A DNA stretch of 61,959 nucleotides, filler included. It is 4 parts of 4 records of this genome, joined end to end, with 100 filler letters (N's around TTAATTAATTAA, not from the genome) between each part and the next. Parts side by side here need not be neighbours in the genome. Positions count along the whole stretch, not along the records: positions 39,831 to 50,446 come from SRR20825019_978; positions 50,547 to 61,959 come from SRR20825019_988; 2 more parts are not named here. The stretch is one strand, 5' to 3'. Position numbers and translations under genes: made by a program. Of the stretch, positions 43,152 to 57,415 are shown in pieces. Every line of letters begins with the position of its first letter. Positions within the stretch are counted from its first letter, which is position 1. A model generated the notes under the pieces. The model worked only from the letters and a program-made list of their open reading frames with translations. It ran no database searches and had not been told where the DNA came from.

Positions 43152-43559
43152 TTAAAATTTCCATTTTAACGGGTTTTTCTTAGAAAAAAACCACCGAATC
43201 AATCCAATTCCTGCAAATGCTCCCAGTGTATTTGCCAAAACATCGGCAAATTCGGCCATACGGTCCGTTGTTAGGGTGTATTGCAGCACCTCAATCAGCA
43301 TTCCATATAATATAGCGAAAATTAAACCAATAATCAAGGTTTTTCTCAATCCCAAGCTTCCAGAGGTTCTTTCCCGTAAACTTAAACTTCCCACAAAAGC
43401 GAACACCAAATAAAATGTAAAATGAACGATTTTATCGGCATATGGAATATTCAGACCTCCTGTATCCAAATCCATTTGAGAGAAAGAAAATAAGCTGAGC
43501 ATTGTGATGACCACTACCCAGCTTATAAATAATATAGTATATATGCTTTTTTTAAGCAC
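43152..43559 (-). CDS. VanZ-family membrane protein
   Basis: [27 protein letters not shown]. Confidence 0.85.
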   Translation of the reverse strand: MLKKSIYTILFISWVVVITMLSLFSFSQMDLDTGGLNIPYADKIVHFTFYLVFAFVGSLSLRERTSGSLGLRKTLIIGLIFAILYGMLIEVLQYTLTTDRMAEFADVLANTLGAFAGIGLIRWFFSKKNPLKWKF

Positions 43560-43932
43560 CTATCAATGCCTTGTAATCATCGGCACTCATTAATTCTTCT
43601 ACCTCGGAAGGCTCGCTAATTTTTATTTTCACCATCCAGCCATCGCCATAAGGGTCGGAATTCACTTTTTCGGGCTCGTCTTCCAATGCTTCATTGAACT
43701 CGATGATCTCACCACTTAATGGCAAAAACAAATCCGAAACGGTCTTTACCGCTTCAACTGTTCCAAAAACCTCTTCTTTGTCCAAGGTCTCATCCAAAGT
43801 TTCCACTTCCACGTAAACGATATCCCCTAGCTCACTCTGGGCAAAATCCGTGATTCCCACAGTTGCGATATCTCCATCTATCTTGACCCACTCATGGTCC
43901 TTTGTGTACTTTAATTCTGATGGTATGTTCAT
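43552..43932 (-). CDS. gcvH: Glycine cleavage system H protein
   Basis: [23 protein letters not shown], lipoyl site [18 protein letters not shown]. Confidence 0.96.
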   Translation of the reverse strand: MNIPSELKYTKDHEWVKIDGDIATVGITDFAQSELGDIVYVEVETLDETLDKEEVFGTVEAVKTVSDLFLPLSGEIIEFNEALEDEPEKVNSDPYGDGWMVKIKISEPSEVEELMSADDYKALIGA

Positions 43933-43960
43933 TGCTAATGTATTTGAATTAGTCGATGGA

Positions 43961-43993
43961 CAAATGTAACAGATTGCGGAAAGCTTTTCAAAG
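43961..43993 (-). promoter_or_regulatory. Bacteroidetes-type promoter (-33 TTTG / -7 TAnnTTTG) for gcvH
   Basis: Minus strand TTTG-N21-TACATTTG. Confidence 0.65.
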
Positions 43994-44037
43994 AAACTTT
44001 GTGACAAAATGATGCATAAATAAATATAGGGTGTTTT

Positions 44038-47000
44038 CTAGTTTCCGAAGTTGTATCGCAACGTAAAGCCGGTATTGATGGTAGTTTGTGGAAATGCAGT
44101 GGAAACCGCAAACTCAGAGAAGGAATGGTCGTAAAAGAACAAAGCGTTCAAACTCTTGCTCAAAGCGTAATCCGCTGTAAATTTTATGGACATCAATCGC
44201 TGACCTGAGGTAATTTGATTGTTGTTGATATCCAAGTTACGGATTATGGTAATGTTATCACGTAGTGAAAGGTCTGCCTTTAGGTTCAGATCTCCTTTTA
44301 AACGTGTTTTCTCGCCTCCTATGTTGGTCACAAACTTTACATCCTTGAAGCGGTAACCAAGACCAAGTGTGTATTCGTTTCCATTGATTTCCGTCAAAAG
44401 ATTATTATCAAAACTTAGCGACAAAGTCCTACTGGTCCTCATCTCGGCCAAGAAGCTGAACGAATTTTGCATTTCAAAATCCACACGCATCAAAGGATTG
44501 AACTCGTCGGTAAGCACCACATTATTGATCAATGTTTTGGGAAGCCAATCACCCGTCTCTGAGTCGATAGAAGTGTTCTGACGCTCCAAATTGGTTTGGA
44601 AAGAATTCACACTATAGGCAGCACGATAGCCATGGCTCAATGAGAATCGTTTGAATTTCTTCTTGAACCATCGGTTTTTCATCAAACCTGTATACTTAAT
44701 GTTCCAGTTCGGAATCGGGATTTCCCTGAAAGCATCCAAATTTACACTTTCAGCATCCTGCCCAGTATATGCGGCAAAGAATGCTGGAAGCAATACCTCT
44801 TGCTGTGTTTTGCCGTAGCGCTCTGGGAATCCATCCTCATCCAACTGCCCAGGATTCTCCCCTCTGTCGGAAACCAACCTATTGGCAACGGTAATACGGT
44901 TTTGCTTGAACTGCTCGAACGTTTCGGAATCAAACTCGTCACTTTTACTGAACACGGTTCCGATCATTACGGTAGAAATACTAAAGTTCCCCATCTCGTT
45001 GATCAAACCTGGCTGTCCGTTTGCCCAATCCTCAGGACTGTAGGTCTCTTGAGAGGAACTCATAAAATTTCTATCTGCCGTTAGGTCAATTGTCAAATCC
45101 TGAGTAGGCTGGGCCGTAGCGGTAACATTCAATTGCCTATTGGTGTTCTGCATAAACTGGTTGCTGTACTCTGGATAATCCGTCAACCAACCTCTACGGG
45201 CCGCTTCGAACCTTACATCTGCCTGACTACCAAAAACAAAGCCCAATGTTGGCCGAGAAGTTCCGATAAATCCAATGGATTGTGTATAACCCGGCAACAC
45301 CGTTCCTCGGTTCTCGCTATAATTCACGTTCACCCGTTTCACCATGGTTACAATATCTACCAAGGTATTGAAGCCCTTACTGGTTTTTCGTGGACCTTCT
45401 GCTTCTTCACCATTAGCAGGGTTACCTGCTTTGTCCCTTCTTATCGTCGCTTGGTTCGCTGTTACTTTTCCGTCACGTTTCCTCAGACCCAAAAAGTCAT
45501 AAAAACGTTGCATGCTCATATTGGCCGTCAAATTATGGGTGCTGGCATTTTGAACGGTGTTGATGTTTTCCCCGGCAACGTCTATAAGCGCATCGCCTCC
45601 ACGCTGCCAATCAAAATTACTGGTATAAGTGTACTGGGCATTTATAAAATTCAGAAATGGAATCTTGTTAAGCGGCAGCTCATAGTTCAATTGCATTTGC
45701 TGTGCATGCCTGTTGGGCTCTCCTATATCAAAGAAGCCGTCCCATAAATCAAGTGCCTGATTGATTCCCGAATCCCGATCATCATCCACATTAAAATAAT
45801 TACGGACAATATTGTTGTTGGAAGCAGTAAGATTTAACCGTAATGATTTTGACAAACTATAGTTGAGAGCATATTGCCAATTGAACAGGTAGTTACGCTG
45901 TTGAAGCAATGGCAACTGGAGCGCATCCACTCCGGGTTCTAACACATCACGATACCTTTGTTGATTAAAGGAACGGTTATAGTTGGCATTAACCGACAAG
46001 CTTGTGGGCAGGGCATTAAAGTTCAAATCCTTGAGCCATTGCCAATATTTACCTGTGAGCATGGAATCCTTTTTGGCAAACGGCGCCACGGGAGCCGGTT
46101 TAAAATTATGATTGTAGACAAATCCAGTAGAAACGTTTTGGTCGCGAAGCTCGGCCACTTCGAAATCCCTATGGTCGGTTTCATTGTAAGAATAATTAAA
46201 GGTGAAGTTTTCTACATCGAAGAAATTTTCCTCAGCTTCCTCTCCCCTATTTTTTCTGACCCCGATCAAATTTATACTGGTACGTTTGGTATAATCCTCA
46301 GCCTGCTCCTGAATGGTTTCCGCTTCTTCTTGTGTCGAGGCTGCCGCAATCCTGTCATCCAATCTCAAATCATCATACACTGGATCGAACTCTGGGGTAA
46401 TCAATGTTTCAGAAATACCATAATTGAAAGGTAGTTGCAGATTCCATTTCTTGGGAAACAATTGGCCCACATTTACATTGGTCACTACATCATAGGAAAT
46501 GGCATCTTCCAAAGCACGCTCGGTCGGGGTCTGATCTATAGATCCAAAACCAGATGTACTTCTGCTTCCTGTTGCGGTCACGTTCGCAAAATCCGCCATA
46601 TTGGCATCCAAAGCTGCCGTGGCGGCCCAACCCCCATTATTTTCCAATCCTGCCAAACGAAGCTCATTGAACCAAACTTCTCCCCGTGCAGGAATATCAT
46701 CGATATTCTTGATACCTACCATCATACCACGGATACTACCCAAGGATGGGTTACCCCTGATTCCAATACGGACCCTTCCCAAAGTTCTTGGAGCGAACTC
46801 ATCGACCAAAACAGCCTCGCCATCCACTATTTCGTAGTAGTTGATCTCGTCAAGGGTCTGATCGGATATTCCTTTTGATTTTACCTTGTTCAGATCCCTC
46901 AACGCTACATCTATTTCGTTGACATCTGGCCAAATCTCTTCCGCAGATGAAGCTCCAAAAGAAGTAAATTGAAGTGGCAATTCTATTTGGTAAAAGTTTT

Positions 47001-50000
47001 CGGAGAAATCCGTGCCGATTCTCAAGAAACCGACCAGAGGCGTATCACTGTCTGAATAATCGGCATTGAATATTTTTTCGGCGTGCATGAACATCTTCAA
47101 ACGTTCGTACTGACGCACATCCACATTCACATTTTTGAACACTCCACGGGAATCTTGAGACTCCAGGTTTTCCACCACAAAGGACAATGACTGCTCATTC
47201 TGGCGAATTATCGTATTGTTATTGTTCAACTGCTCCCTAAAAACTCCCGGTGGCAACACATATGGTATGGGCTGTCTTCCGTAGTTTTCTTCAATATTTA
47301 CGGTATTTACATCGGTAACGGTAGCATCATCAGAAGGATCATTGTCCACAGTGGGCTGTAGCGAATTGGTATAGGTCCTCCAATCACCGCGTACCAAATC
47401 CAAGGTAGCAAAACGAAGAACCACATCATCCGAGAACCCGGTCAAATACATCCTCATGAAACTGATGGATCTAAAATCAGAGATTCCACCAACGGCATCG
47501 GTAAAATCGCTTAATGGTATTTTATACTGAATCCACCTACGGTTCAACTGCGTACCATTGGGCAACGTGGGTGTTTGCCCTTCTCGAATGTCGGTCACAT
47601 ATTGGTCATCGATAGTTGTATTTGGCTTTATCTGGATGCGGTATTCGTAATAGCTGTTCACCGTATTCATGGTCAAATCCCTATCGATATCCTCCACATC
47701 GGGCAAAGTGGTGGAGCCCCTATTGGTGTTTGTAACGGTTACCGGGGAGTTCCCTTGTGTATTGTTAAAATCCAAATAGCGCTCCAAGATTCCTCCTTCG
47801 CGGTTCAAATAATACTGATAGTTATCTAAGGCGGGGTCTTCCGCAGGACCATTATAGATTGTAGCTTCTTCCGCATCGTCGTAACCATCCAAACCAAGGT
47901 CTTGTGCCGACCTATTGGCCTCATCGGCATCAAATGCATAAACCAACGACTGCGTGGAAGGTACTTGGCCCCAAATGGTCTCTCTCGGAATTTCATTATT
48001 GGTGCTGGCAGGCAATCCGTTTTCGTATTGCTTTCGACCATCCTTTAAAATATCTTCGGAAATATTTCCTAGGTTGAGCACCAGTTCCCCTGCATTGACA
48101 TCAACGGTTTCTCCATCAACATAAGGATCCAACACCCAAAATTGGACAAATTCCACATTGGATTGTTCAAAATTGGTACTGCTCAACGGTCTCATGATTC
48201 CACCCCATTTGGCATCCGGGGTTTCGGTTTCAAAACTTGGATTGGCATTGTATGGCCCTTTTTGATTGGGATAGTAAACAATGTCCAAAGTACTTTGTAC
48301 TTGGGTCTGCCCTTGCGCAATATCCGTTTCGGTAAATACCTCATCAATAAAAACCCTACGGGTAGAGTTCAACGAAATATCGTTGTCCGATAATCCAGAT
48401 GGTCTTTGGTTGGTGTAAAAAATAGGATCTATGGTGTACCATGCCATTTTAGCACGTTCGTAACCTACATCTATTCCTGTTCTATCATTCAAGAACTCTA
48501 CTGGCGGGCTCGCCAATGTCCACCCCAGCGATGAGCGAATATCAATCAAGGCCTGTGCTCCTTCAAAATCATCCAAATAGGTAGTTGTCTCACCTTGAAA
48601 ATCGGCATTTTTTGGCGAATTGGGCCTTAAAAATGCCACCTCTCCCCTTACAGAAAGATTGGAAGGCACATCCGTATCAATATTTGGCAACTTATTGGCC
48701 AATCTCGTCAGGAACGGAATTTCGGTACTGAAATTTCCGTTCAGTCCAAAAATGGTATTGTTCACGGGCTCGATTCCGTAGTTTGATTTTTGGGTCAAGG
48801 GACGCTCGTTCAAGTTGAGAAAGGTTCCCCCCAAAAGAAACTTTTCGTTGAATTTATGTTCCACGTTCACCCCTGCAAAACGTCTGGTCTGCTGACCAAA
48901 CACCGCGTTGTTCTCCACCGAAATATTGATAGGCGTATTGGAGGCTTCCAAACTTGGGTCGAGAAGCTGCACCGTACCGGCTTGATAGTTTACAGTATAA
49001 TCAATCCCTTCTTGCAACTGGCGACCTCCTGCAGTTACGGTAACCGAACCTTGAGGCACATTGAAAGCTCCAATTGGAATACCGTTATTGGATTGCGAAG
49101 TATATTTTCCTTTTATTTGAAATCTGTTTTTTTCGGCATCCTGTAAGGAAGCTGCCTTGGTCTTGGCGTACATGTTTCGGAACACGTAACGCTGTTGGTT
49201 GGGATTATAGCCCTGATCGTTGTCCACATCATAGACGCCTCCCCCTAGTAATTCGAAAAGGTATTCCCCGAATGGCTCGACCTTTGTAAAAATAATCCGT
49301 CCAGATTGCGAATCGACCGTTATACCTTCGACATAATCAAAAAAGCCATCTCCGCCCGGTTGCACATCATTATAGGTATTCAATCGGTCCAGATTAAATA
49401 CATTTAATAGCACTTGATCCTGTAGACCAGTGGGCCAACCTGCGTTCGGATCGACCGGGGTAATATAGTTTCTGGGTGTGGGGTCGGAATAGAGGATATT
49501 GAGTTTAAAATCTTCTTGACTCAATTGATAGGCCCCTGTAGAATAGATGTTTTTCATCATCAAATCCCAAATAGGATCCTGAACATTGGTGATGTTACTT
49601 TTCAATAGTTTCAAGACCAATGAGTTGTTCTCAATCAAGTTAGAATTTGGTGGAACCGTGGTCGCATCCACACCTCCGTTGGCAAATTCCCCAACTTGAT
49701 AGACCTGCCCATTAAAGGTATACTGGAAAGCAACCCCTAGCACCTCATCATTGCTCAAACTCTGGCTCAAAGAAATATAACCCAATTGAGAATCGAACTC
49801 GTAATCCCTGCCAGGCTCCAGTTTTCTAGCGTTTTCCAAAATCGCATAATCAAATCCTTGGTTTACGGTATATCCTGGGATATTAAATCCGGATTCCACC
49901 GTTGCAATATCACGAATAGCCGGTGTTAGTGCCCCACTCCCAATTTGATTGGGATCATAGTCGTTAGCCCCGTTCTGTGGAAGTCCTGTTGCCACTGCCT

Positions 50001-50446
50001 GAGGATTAAAAAATCCTGCGGGATCACCATTGTTCACACCAATGCGGGTATTATCTGAAATGGCTTCTCCTAAATCCTGGATGGCCACCACGTTCCTTAC
50101 GTTTTGTGTTTGTTGGTTTCTGTTGGTCACCCACACCTCCAAACGGGTAATCTGCACTTGGGTCTGTATGAATGGGTAAAATTGCAAAGCACGGTCGTAA
50201 TTGTCACGGAAATAATGTGCCAAGAAAAAGTGCCTGTCCTCATCATAATCCAAAGCCGTCAGTGAAAATTCATTTACTGTTCCACCACCTTGGGCAACTA
50301 CGGTATTGTTTTGCGAACGCTGTTCAGAGAAAACAGCCGTAACCGTGGTTTTTCCGAATTGAAGTTGTGTTTTTACACCAAATAAACTCTGCGCACCGGT
50401 AATCAAAGAACTGTTGAGCGGCATACTTACGTTACCTACTTCAATT
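44038..50446 (-). CDS. sprA: Type IX secretion system translocon SprA (5'-truncated)
   Basis: More than 2100 aa; LITGAQSLFGVKTQLQFG, LNLGNISEDILKDGRK, GEVWFNELRL, C-terminal GFTLRYNFGN. The sprA-gcvH-VanZ order is typical of Flavobacteriaceae. Confidence 0.93.
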
Positions 50447-50546
50447 NNNNNNNNNNNNNNNNNNNNNNNNNNNNNNNNNNNNNNNNNNNNTTAATTAATT
50501 AANNNNNNNNNNNNNNNNNNNNNNNNNNNNNNNNNNNNNNNNNNNN
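50447..50546. other. Artificial contig-joining spacer
   Basis: N44 + TTAATTAATTAA + N44. Confidence 0.98.
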
Positions 50547-50570
50547 GGGGGGGGGGGGGGGGGGGGGGGG
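50547..50570. repeat. Poly-G run at contig start
   Basis: 24 consecutive G. Confidence 0.95.
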
Positions 50571-51235
50571 TACAAACCAGCCGTCCTTGCTATTTGTGGC
50601 ATACGCGGCAGCACCAGTGCCAACTTAGACTCTCAGCACCAGCGCGTCCATGCGTGGAAGTATGCGGCCTCGGGGCGGACCCGGGACCATCCGCCCGGGG
50701 AAGGTGTTAACAAAGGGTGCGAATCGTCGGTGCAGGTGCGGCTGCGTTTTCGGAGTCAACGGTAAGAGTTTCTAATTTAGGAGTTTCATTGAATCAGTTT
50801 GGTGATTCATCATGAGAGAGCGTATCTTCATCCTGATCCTGAGTGAAGTCATGAACCGGTTCGCGTGGCTTTTGCCACTGGATTGATGATGGGTTATTTT
50901 TGGATTTCTATTTCATTATTGACAAGTGACAATTATTTTCACAAACTTAGTCCTGCCGGGGTCAGGGGAGGGGCGTGTGTGGTTTTTTCCTCGTCTCCAT
51001 GGCATCAGAAAACAAGACCCCATGCGAGAGTCCACTCGTGGAACAGAAAAAAAAACCTTTACAAACTGGGCATGCTACAAGCTAAACGGAACGAGCACAG
51101 CCCTTACCAGTCTGCATACACGTGTATGCAGGTTGTCGTCCATAGACGACCAAAATGAGAGTTCGCAGGCGCCATTCCCTCACGCGGAAAAATCCACTTG
51201 AACCGTGCTTTGAAATGTGAACGTAAGAATTGGGC

Positions 51236-52242
51236 TCAATAGCCTTTTCCATTGAGTCGGCCCCTCTGCATTATTCCCCGATTGCTCGGTGCAGGAGAGA
51301 CAGGGAGTGCTTGACTTTTCACCATGCGAGAGAGAATCTCATTATCATCATGAATCTCAAAAGGATTATCAAAGTTGAAAAATATCTCTTCTCTTGTTTC
51401 GGTCATCTCACACACAATTTGGGTGTCCCTATTCGTGTTCACAATAATAAATGGCAGGTTGACCCGGTTCTCATTTTCAAGCAAGTAAGCCGGCTCCGAC
51501 TCCACCAATCTACGGTTCCTAGCCATAAGAGCCCTGTAACCAGCTAACTGCTGTGAAAGCTCTTCGATATGCTTCTTCTTCCACTCGAGTCGTTCATGAC
51601 GAGCGGCCTTCTTGTTCTACGATAGCGCTCATTAGCGCGTAAGCATGCACATGCAACCGACAATCTTACCGATAGGTCTTCCAAGTCTTGTGTAGTGTTC
51701 TGAGGAAGACCTCGCCATATTATTTCCTTTTTCTCCTTTGCCAAAATGTCCATGGCCATAAGCACATTCAGTGCATCATACACCCGCCGCCTAATATTTT
51801 TCTCATCATAGGACGCTTCTGGTGGGTTTGCCCTCATCGCAGCAAGATTTTCAGGAGTGTTTACCAGCTCCGCCACCAACTCATCAGCAACTTCATTATA
51901 AGTCGTCCGCCCCTTTTCTCGGACCTTTTCACATACTCTCATACTGAAATGTCTCAAACCCTTGTTCTTATCACCGACGTTACCACGCTGTCTGGCCTTC
52001 CTTTTCTTTGAGGGGGGGCTCTGAAGATCGTCATCACCTTCCGACTCGTCATCGTCACGTGTCATAGCCCTCTTCCCCCCTTTCGTTGGGGTGGGTACGA
52101 CAGGAAAACCGTTGTCAGCAGTACCAGATAAGTCCAACGGCGCGTCATTTCCTACGACCCCGCTGCTTTCGGCAATATCTTGGAGCCCGCTGTCTTTGAT
52201 GATCTGAAGGAAATCGTCCTGTATTGAGGAGCCATCGGTCAT
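51236..52242 (-). CDS. Transcription factor DP (E2F dimerisation partner); intron 51617-51669; exact 3' end uncertain
   Basis: [28 protein letters not shown] box [40 protein letters not shown]. Confidence 0.93.
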
Positions 52243-53050
52243 TGCTGCGAAAACACAAAGGCGAATCCACAGTAGCCCTACAGTTTATACGTTTTGAACA
52301 GGGAAATAGAAGTAGTGCGAGCATTACCGTTCAAAACCGGCAACACTACCTAAGGGGTCGTGGCACGGCCACGGTGAGTGCTGGAGGCTTCTGAGGCATC
52401 TCAACGGTGTGAGATTCTGTGACAGGCCCTTGCGGGCAAGCGCCCTTATGATTGGGATCACTGGTCCAACTCCCTGACCCTCACTCATGGCCATTTGATT
52501 CCTCTTCCAGTCTAAGTGAAATGCGCGCCAAAAGCAAGCCTAGCACAGCCGGCCTGTCGTCGACAGTGACTGCCCCTCCTGCGTTCACGGGTGCTCCCTT
52601 GGTCTGCATCGGTCCGTCGGAGGGCACTTTCCCTTTCGACGTAGTCTCGTTACAATGAATTAATCTCAACATATCTCTGTACAACAGATATATCGTTTTC
52701 TCTATTTCCTTTTTTCCTTAAACTTTAGAAGTACTATGGTTGTCTGTGGGATCACTCGTCTATATTTAGCAACACATCGTCACTTAGGCGGGACGGCCGC
52801 TCAGCCGGCTTCAATCAACAGCGCGGGCTGAGTTATGGCCCTGTATGGTTGACCCCGGGCCGTCCCAGCGCCCGCCGAGCCACCACAGCGACCGCAGCCT
52901 AGCAAGCTGCAGCTCCGCAGCCCCAAGAACCAATCCGGTACACCTCGAAAATGCTATTCGCCATCCTAACCATTGTTGTCACGTCGGCGCGCGTCCAGCG
53001 ATTATAAGTTTATACTCACAATCAGACTGACTACAATATTCGTTCTCATA

Positions 53051-53969
<919 letters not shown>

Positions 53970-54067
53970 TTTGCTTCAGGTTCGCTTCAGGCACATGTGC
54001 CTTTAACCAATCTACCCACAAAGCAAAATGCTCTCCGATGCTGTGTGGTTAGTACATGCTTTACGTT

Positions 54068-55337
54068 CTATTTCTTGGGATTTCCCGCTGCATTAAAGTC
54101 TTTGTAATACGCAGACTTACTTACATATGACCTAAAAGGCCCTTCTCTAATGTGGTGCTCATCTTCATACTCGTCGACAGGCTTGTAGTATGTGAAGTGC
54201 TCTTGCGTCATAGTCCTTTCGTTCTTCCTTGCAGATGACGCTCTTGCCATGTGAGCACCTAAGCGAATAAGACTAGACACGCGCTGGGCTGGGGGGAGAG
54301 CATTATCTGGCATCTTCACATCCAATCGAGTCAAGTCCAGGCTAGATTGATATGACCCCTCGGTTGATGCCCGTGACGACGCTCTTGACGACAACACTTC
54401 TGCCATGCGATCGCCGTGTGGTTTACGAGGAGGCGGGCGATTCTTCACCGATGTCGTGTCTGAGTATGACGAGTAGCTAGTATTGCTTGTCCATACACTT
54501 GTGTGGGATCTTGCTGAGCTAATGCTTGCCTCCGATGGTTTCGGGGAGGGCATATATCTCAGCTCATCCGTAGGCGGGGGTTCGTCGCCCTTGCCGAATT
54601 TGGATATCCTTTTTCTATACTTCAGATACGTTTCCCGACAAGTTGCTGGTGCCCCACCCCGATATGGCTCTTTTGCCAAATCAGCAGAGCCCCCAATAGT
54701 TGTCGTCACCCCGAACTTAAACAGCTGCTCTGCTCTCTTCTTTGCCTCCCGTGACACTGCTTCCCTCACCTCAGGGTTCATATCTTTTCCAGGACCCTGG
54801 TCAATTGGTGTTCTCCTATACCCTTCATCCTCGTGGCTGCAGTAGGACGCATTAGGCCCTGAATGAACTGTGCACCCCCATACGTACGCATCGTTATGAA
54901 CCTCGAGAGACCTCGTGGCATTGTCTAGCCTCTGGATATTCGGTTTTGTAAGGGATGGTAGGGGTGGCTTTGCAGAGCCAGCAGACGTTGGCTTTGTGCT
55001 GCAGCACAATCTTAACACCTATCAGCATCCACCGTGTCCAAAAAGACCTACCTGGGCCGAATGAGGTTTCGGTCCTCTAATACTTTCTTGAGTTTGCAAT
55101 AGTACATATACTTCTCTCCAAGATCACCCTTGAAGTCTCTTGGCTTTGGTCGCCTTCCTGCCGTATTCTTGAAATCGACAGCCCATTGCTTCAGTTCTGT
55201 TGCGGTTGAGTCAAACTCCTTCACACAGTCATTCAGAAACTTCTCTTCCCTGATAAAATTGTCAGTACATGTGAAATCCAGTGCGAGAATCCTTACCGTC
55301 CAGACGATGTCGATCTGAACGTGTCCGAGCCCGTCAT
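54068..55337 (-). CDS. Hypothetical protein with N-terminal Sld2/RecQ4-N/FAM13-like helical motif; 3 exons
   Basis: Introns 55250-55296 and 54999-55051 give one ORF containing ELKQWAVDFKNTAGRRPKPRD...EKYMYYCKLK. Confidence 0.6.
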
Positions 55338-55539
55338 GGCTAAAGTATCTCGACACTGGCACCTACCAATATATTTCGCTGCCGGGCAAGAGTTCGAAAC
55401 TGTGGCCATGGGTAGATATAGCAATGAGGTTGGAGGCCTGTTCCGGCATCCGGGACTGACTGCACCACCGCCGGCACTGCCGACTGTGCGTTAGCGACGA
55501 CCTTGGTGGTAGCTGCAGAAACAGGGGTGGTCGGCCGCC

Positions 55540-56100
55540 GAGTCGAGCTTGCCAAGTGCCAGCCGAGCCGCGCGGCCTCACTGGGCCCGCCCGGTCCGGT
55601 CCCGGTCCCGCCGGTCCCGCCGGTCCCAGGTCCGGGCAGCCACCCGGGGAGTGACCGCCGCGGCCGGGCTCACACCACCACCTCAGCGGGAGGAGGACGC
55701 CAGGCTGGCCCGGGCGCGCGGCCGGCCCTGCCGTCCTCAGTGCGGCGGCGGCCCCGGCGGCCGGGGGCGCCCTAACTTAAGGCGGCGCGCCTGCCTCTGA
55801 TTGTAACCGACACATTGACTCTCAACAAAATCTCAATGTAATTCCAAATCGTGATATACCGCGATGATTCCCGAGCAAGCCATCAGCGCCGGGGCCGGCC
55901 GCGGCCGCCGCCCCCCCGCGCCGCGGCCCGGGTCAGCGGCACCGTGCCGCGCCCCCCGCCGCGGCGCCGGGCGGCAGCTCTCCCCCGGGGGCCACCGGCG
56001 CCGAGTCAGTGGCTCGCGCTGACCCAGCACCGGCGAGGAGTTCTCACCCACTGCCCCGCCGAACTCACCGGCACCCCCCCCAGGCTGCGCACCGGTCAGG
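55540..56100. promoter_or_regulatory. GC-rich island between divergent genes
   Basis: CCGGTC tandem units and TCAGTG words; lies between 55337(-) and 56190(+). Confidence 0.55.
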
Positions 56101-56189
56101 TACCATTATGGTCCAGTCAAGGCCCAAACAGTGTCGCCCCTAGCTATATATAGAACATCAATGTTGCAGCAGCCACATGTGTAGTTGCA

Positions 56190-57413
56190 ATGGCTTCCCA
56201 CAGCTCACTTCTCGATGCTTGTGAAAAGGGAAACGCTGTGTTGGCTCGGGCACTCTTGGAAGAGATGTCCGCAGAGGAAGTCAATTATGCTTGTCCACAA
56301 CGTGGCACCCCCCTTCACTGTGCGTCTGGTCTAGGGCATGTTGACTGCGTACGGGCTATTTTGCAGGCGGGAGGAGATCCAAACATGATAGACAAAGGCC
56401 TTTCGCCGCTTTTCTTGGCTGCCCACCTGAAGACCTCAGTGGTCGCTGGCTTGCTGCTTGATCACGGTGCCGACGCAAACTTGGTTGGTATTGACCCTGC
56501 TGTTACTGAAGAGGAATATCAAACCATCCATCCACTGTATGTTGCTGTTCTGTCATGCTCCGAACCAAATGTATCAAAGCTTCTTCAGAAGGGAGCATCT
56601 CCCAATATGGGTCTGTATGGACCCCGGCAAGTGACATGCCTTCATGCCGCCGTAGAGAATGGAGATGCTAGGATTGTGAAGGCACTCTTGGAAGCTGGGG
56701 CTAGTGTTGATGCTACTGACGGGCAGGGAAGAACTGCTCTGTTCAGTGCCTGCGCTGGCCTCGGCGATGAGGATGACGAAGGTGATGTTGAAATTCTTGA
56801 AGGCATTGTCAGCATGCTGCTGTCTTTTAAGGCAGATCCTAACTTCAAGGTTTCGATGGAAGACGGTTCCTGGGTGACTTGTATCCACATGGCCGTATCT
56901 ACCGGCCACTTGGGCGTGGTGAGGTGTTTGGTCAATGGCGGCGCCCAAGTTAATGTTATTGACTGTGATGGAGCCACGCCTTTGTATCATGCCGCATGTG
57001 AAGGTCTTCCGGAACTTTCAGAGTTGCTCTTGAAGTCAGGGGCCGACCCAAACGCACAAGATATTGATGGTAGATCTCCGTTGCTGATCTCCATATGTGG
57101 TGTCGACCAAGATGAGGATGGGGATGAGAACACTAGCGATAAGAAGAGGAAAAAGTCTGCAGAGGATCCCACGGAAGACGGCAGGAAAAAGGTTGCGGAG
57201 ATTCTGGTTCGGTCCGGAGCAAACCTTGACTTGGCTGATAGTGAAGGACTCACTGCCCGTGAAGCCGCTACGGGCTTGGGAGGAGAATGGCCTGAACTTC
57301 TTTTGGGGGCAATCAACAATAGTGACAGCAAGGGTAAAAGTCCCATACGAGCACAGAATGAGGGCCACCAGGCCAAAAAGTCCAAGCAGGATGCAACCGA
57401 GGGGTCAGTCTGA
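56190..57413 (+). CDS. Ankyrin repeat protein
   Basis: Repeated GxTPLH/GADPN units (GTPLHCASGLGH, TCLHAAVENGD, GATPLYHAACEG). Confidence 0.93.
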   Translation: MASHSSLLDACEKGNAVLARALLEEMSAEEVNYACPQRGTPLHCASGLGHVDCVRAILQAGGDPNMIDKGLSPLFLAAHLKTSVVAGLLLDHGADANLVGIDPAVTEEEYQTIHPLYVAVLSCSEPNVSKLLQKGASPNMGLYGPRQVTCLHAAVENGDARIVKALLEAGASVDATDGQGRTALFSACAGLGDEDDEGDVEILEGIVSMLLSFKADPNFKVSMEDGSWVTCIHMAVSTGHLGVVRCLVNGGAQVNVIDCDGATPLYHAACEGLPELSELLLKSGADPNAQDIDGRSPLLISICGVDQDEDGDENTSDKKRKKSAEDPTEDGRKKVAEILVRSGANLDLADSEGLTAREAATGLGGEWPELLLGAINNSDSKGKSPIRAQNEGHQAKKSKQDATEGSV

Positions 57414-57415
57414 TG

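Noticed and set aside
50800-50910. Possible U3/Sm-type ncRNA (GAGCGT, TTGATGA, ATTTTTGG)
   Set aside because: Boxes are incomplete with no terminal box D or stem. The minus strand could instead be a short acidic terminal exon; unresolved.
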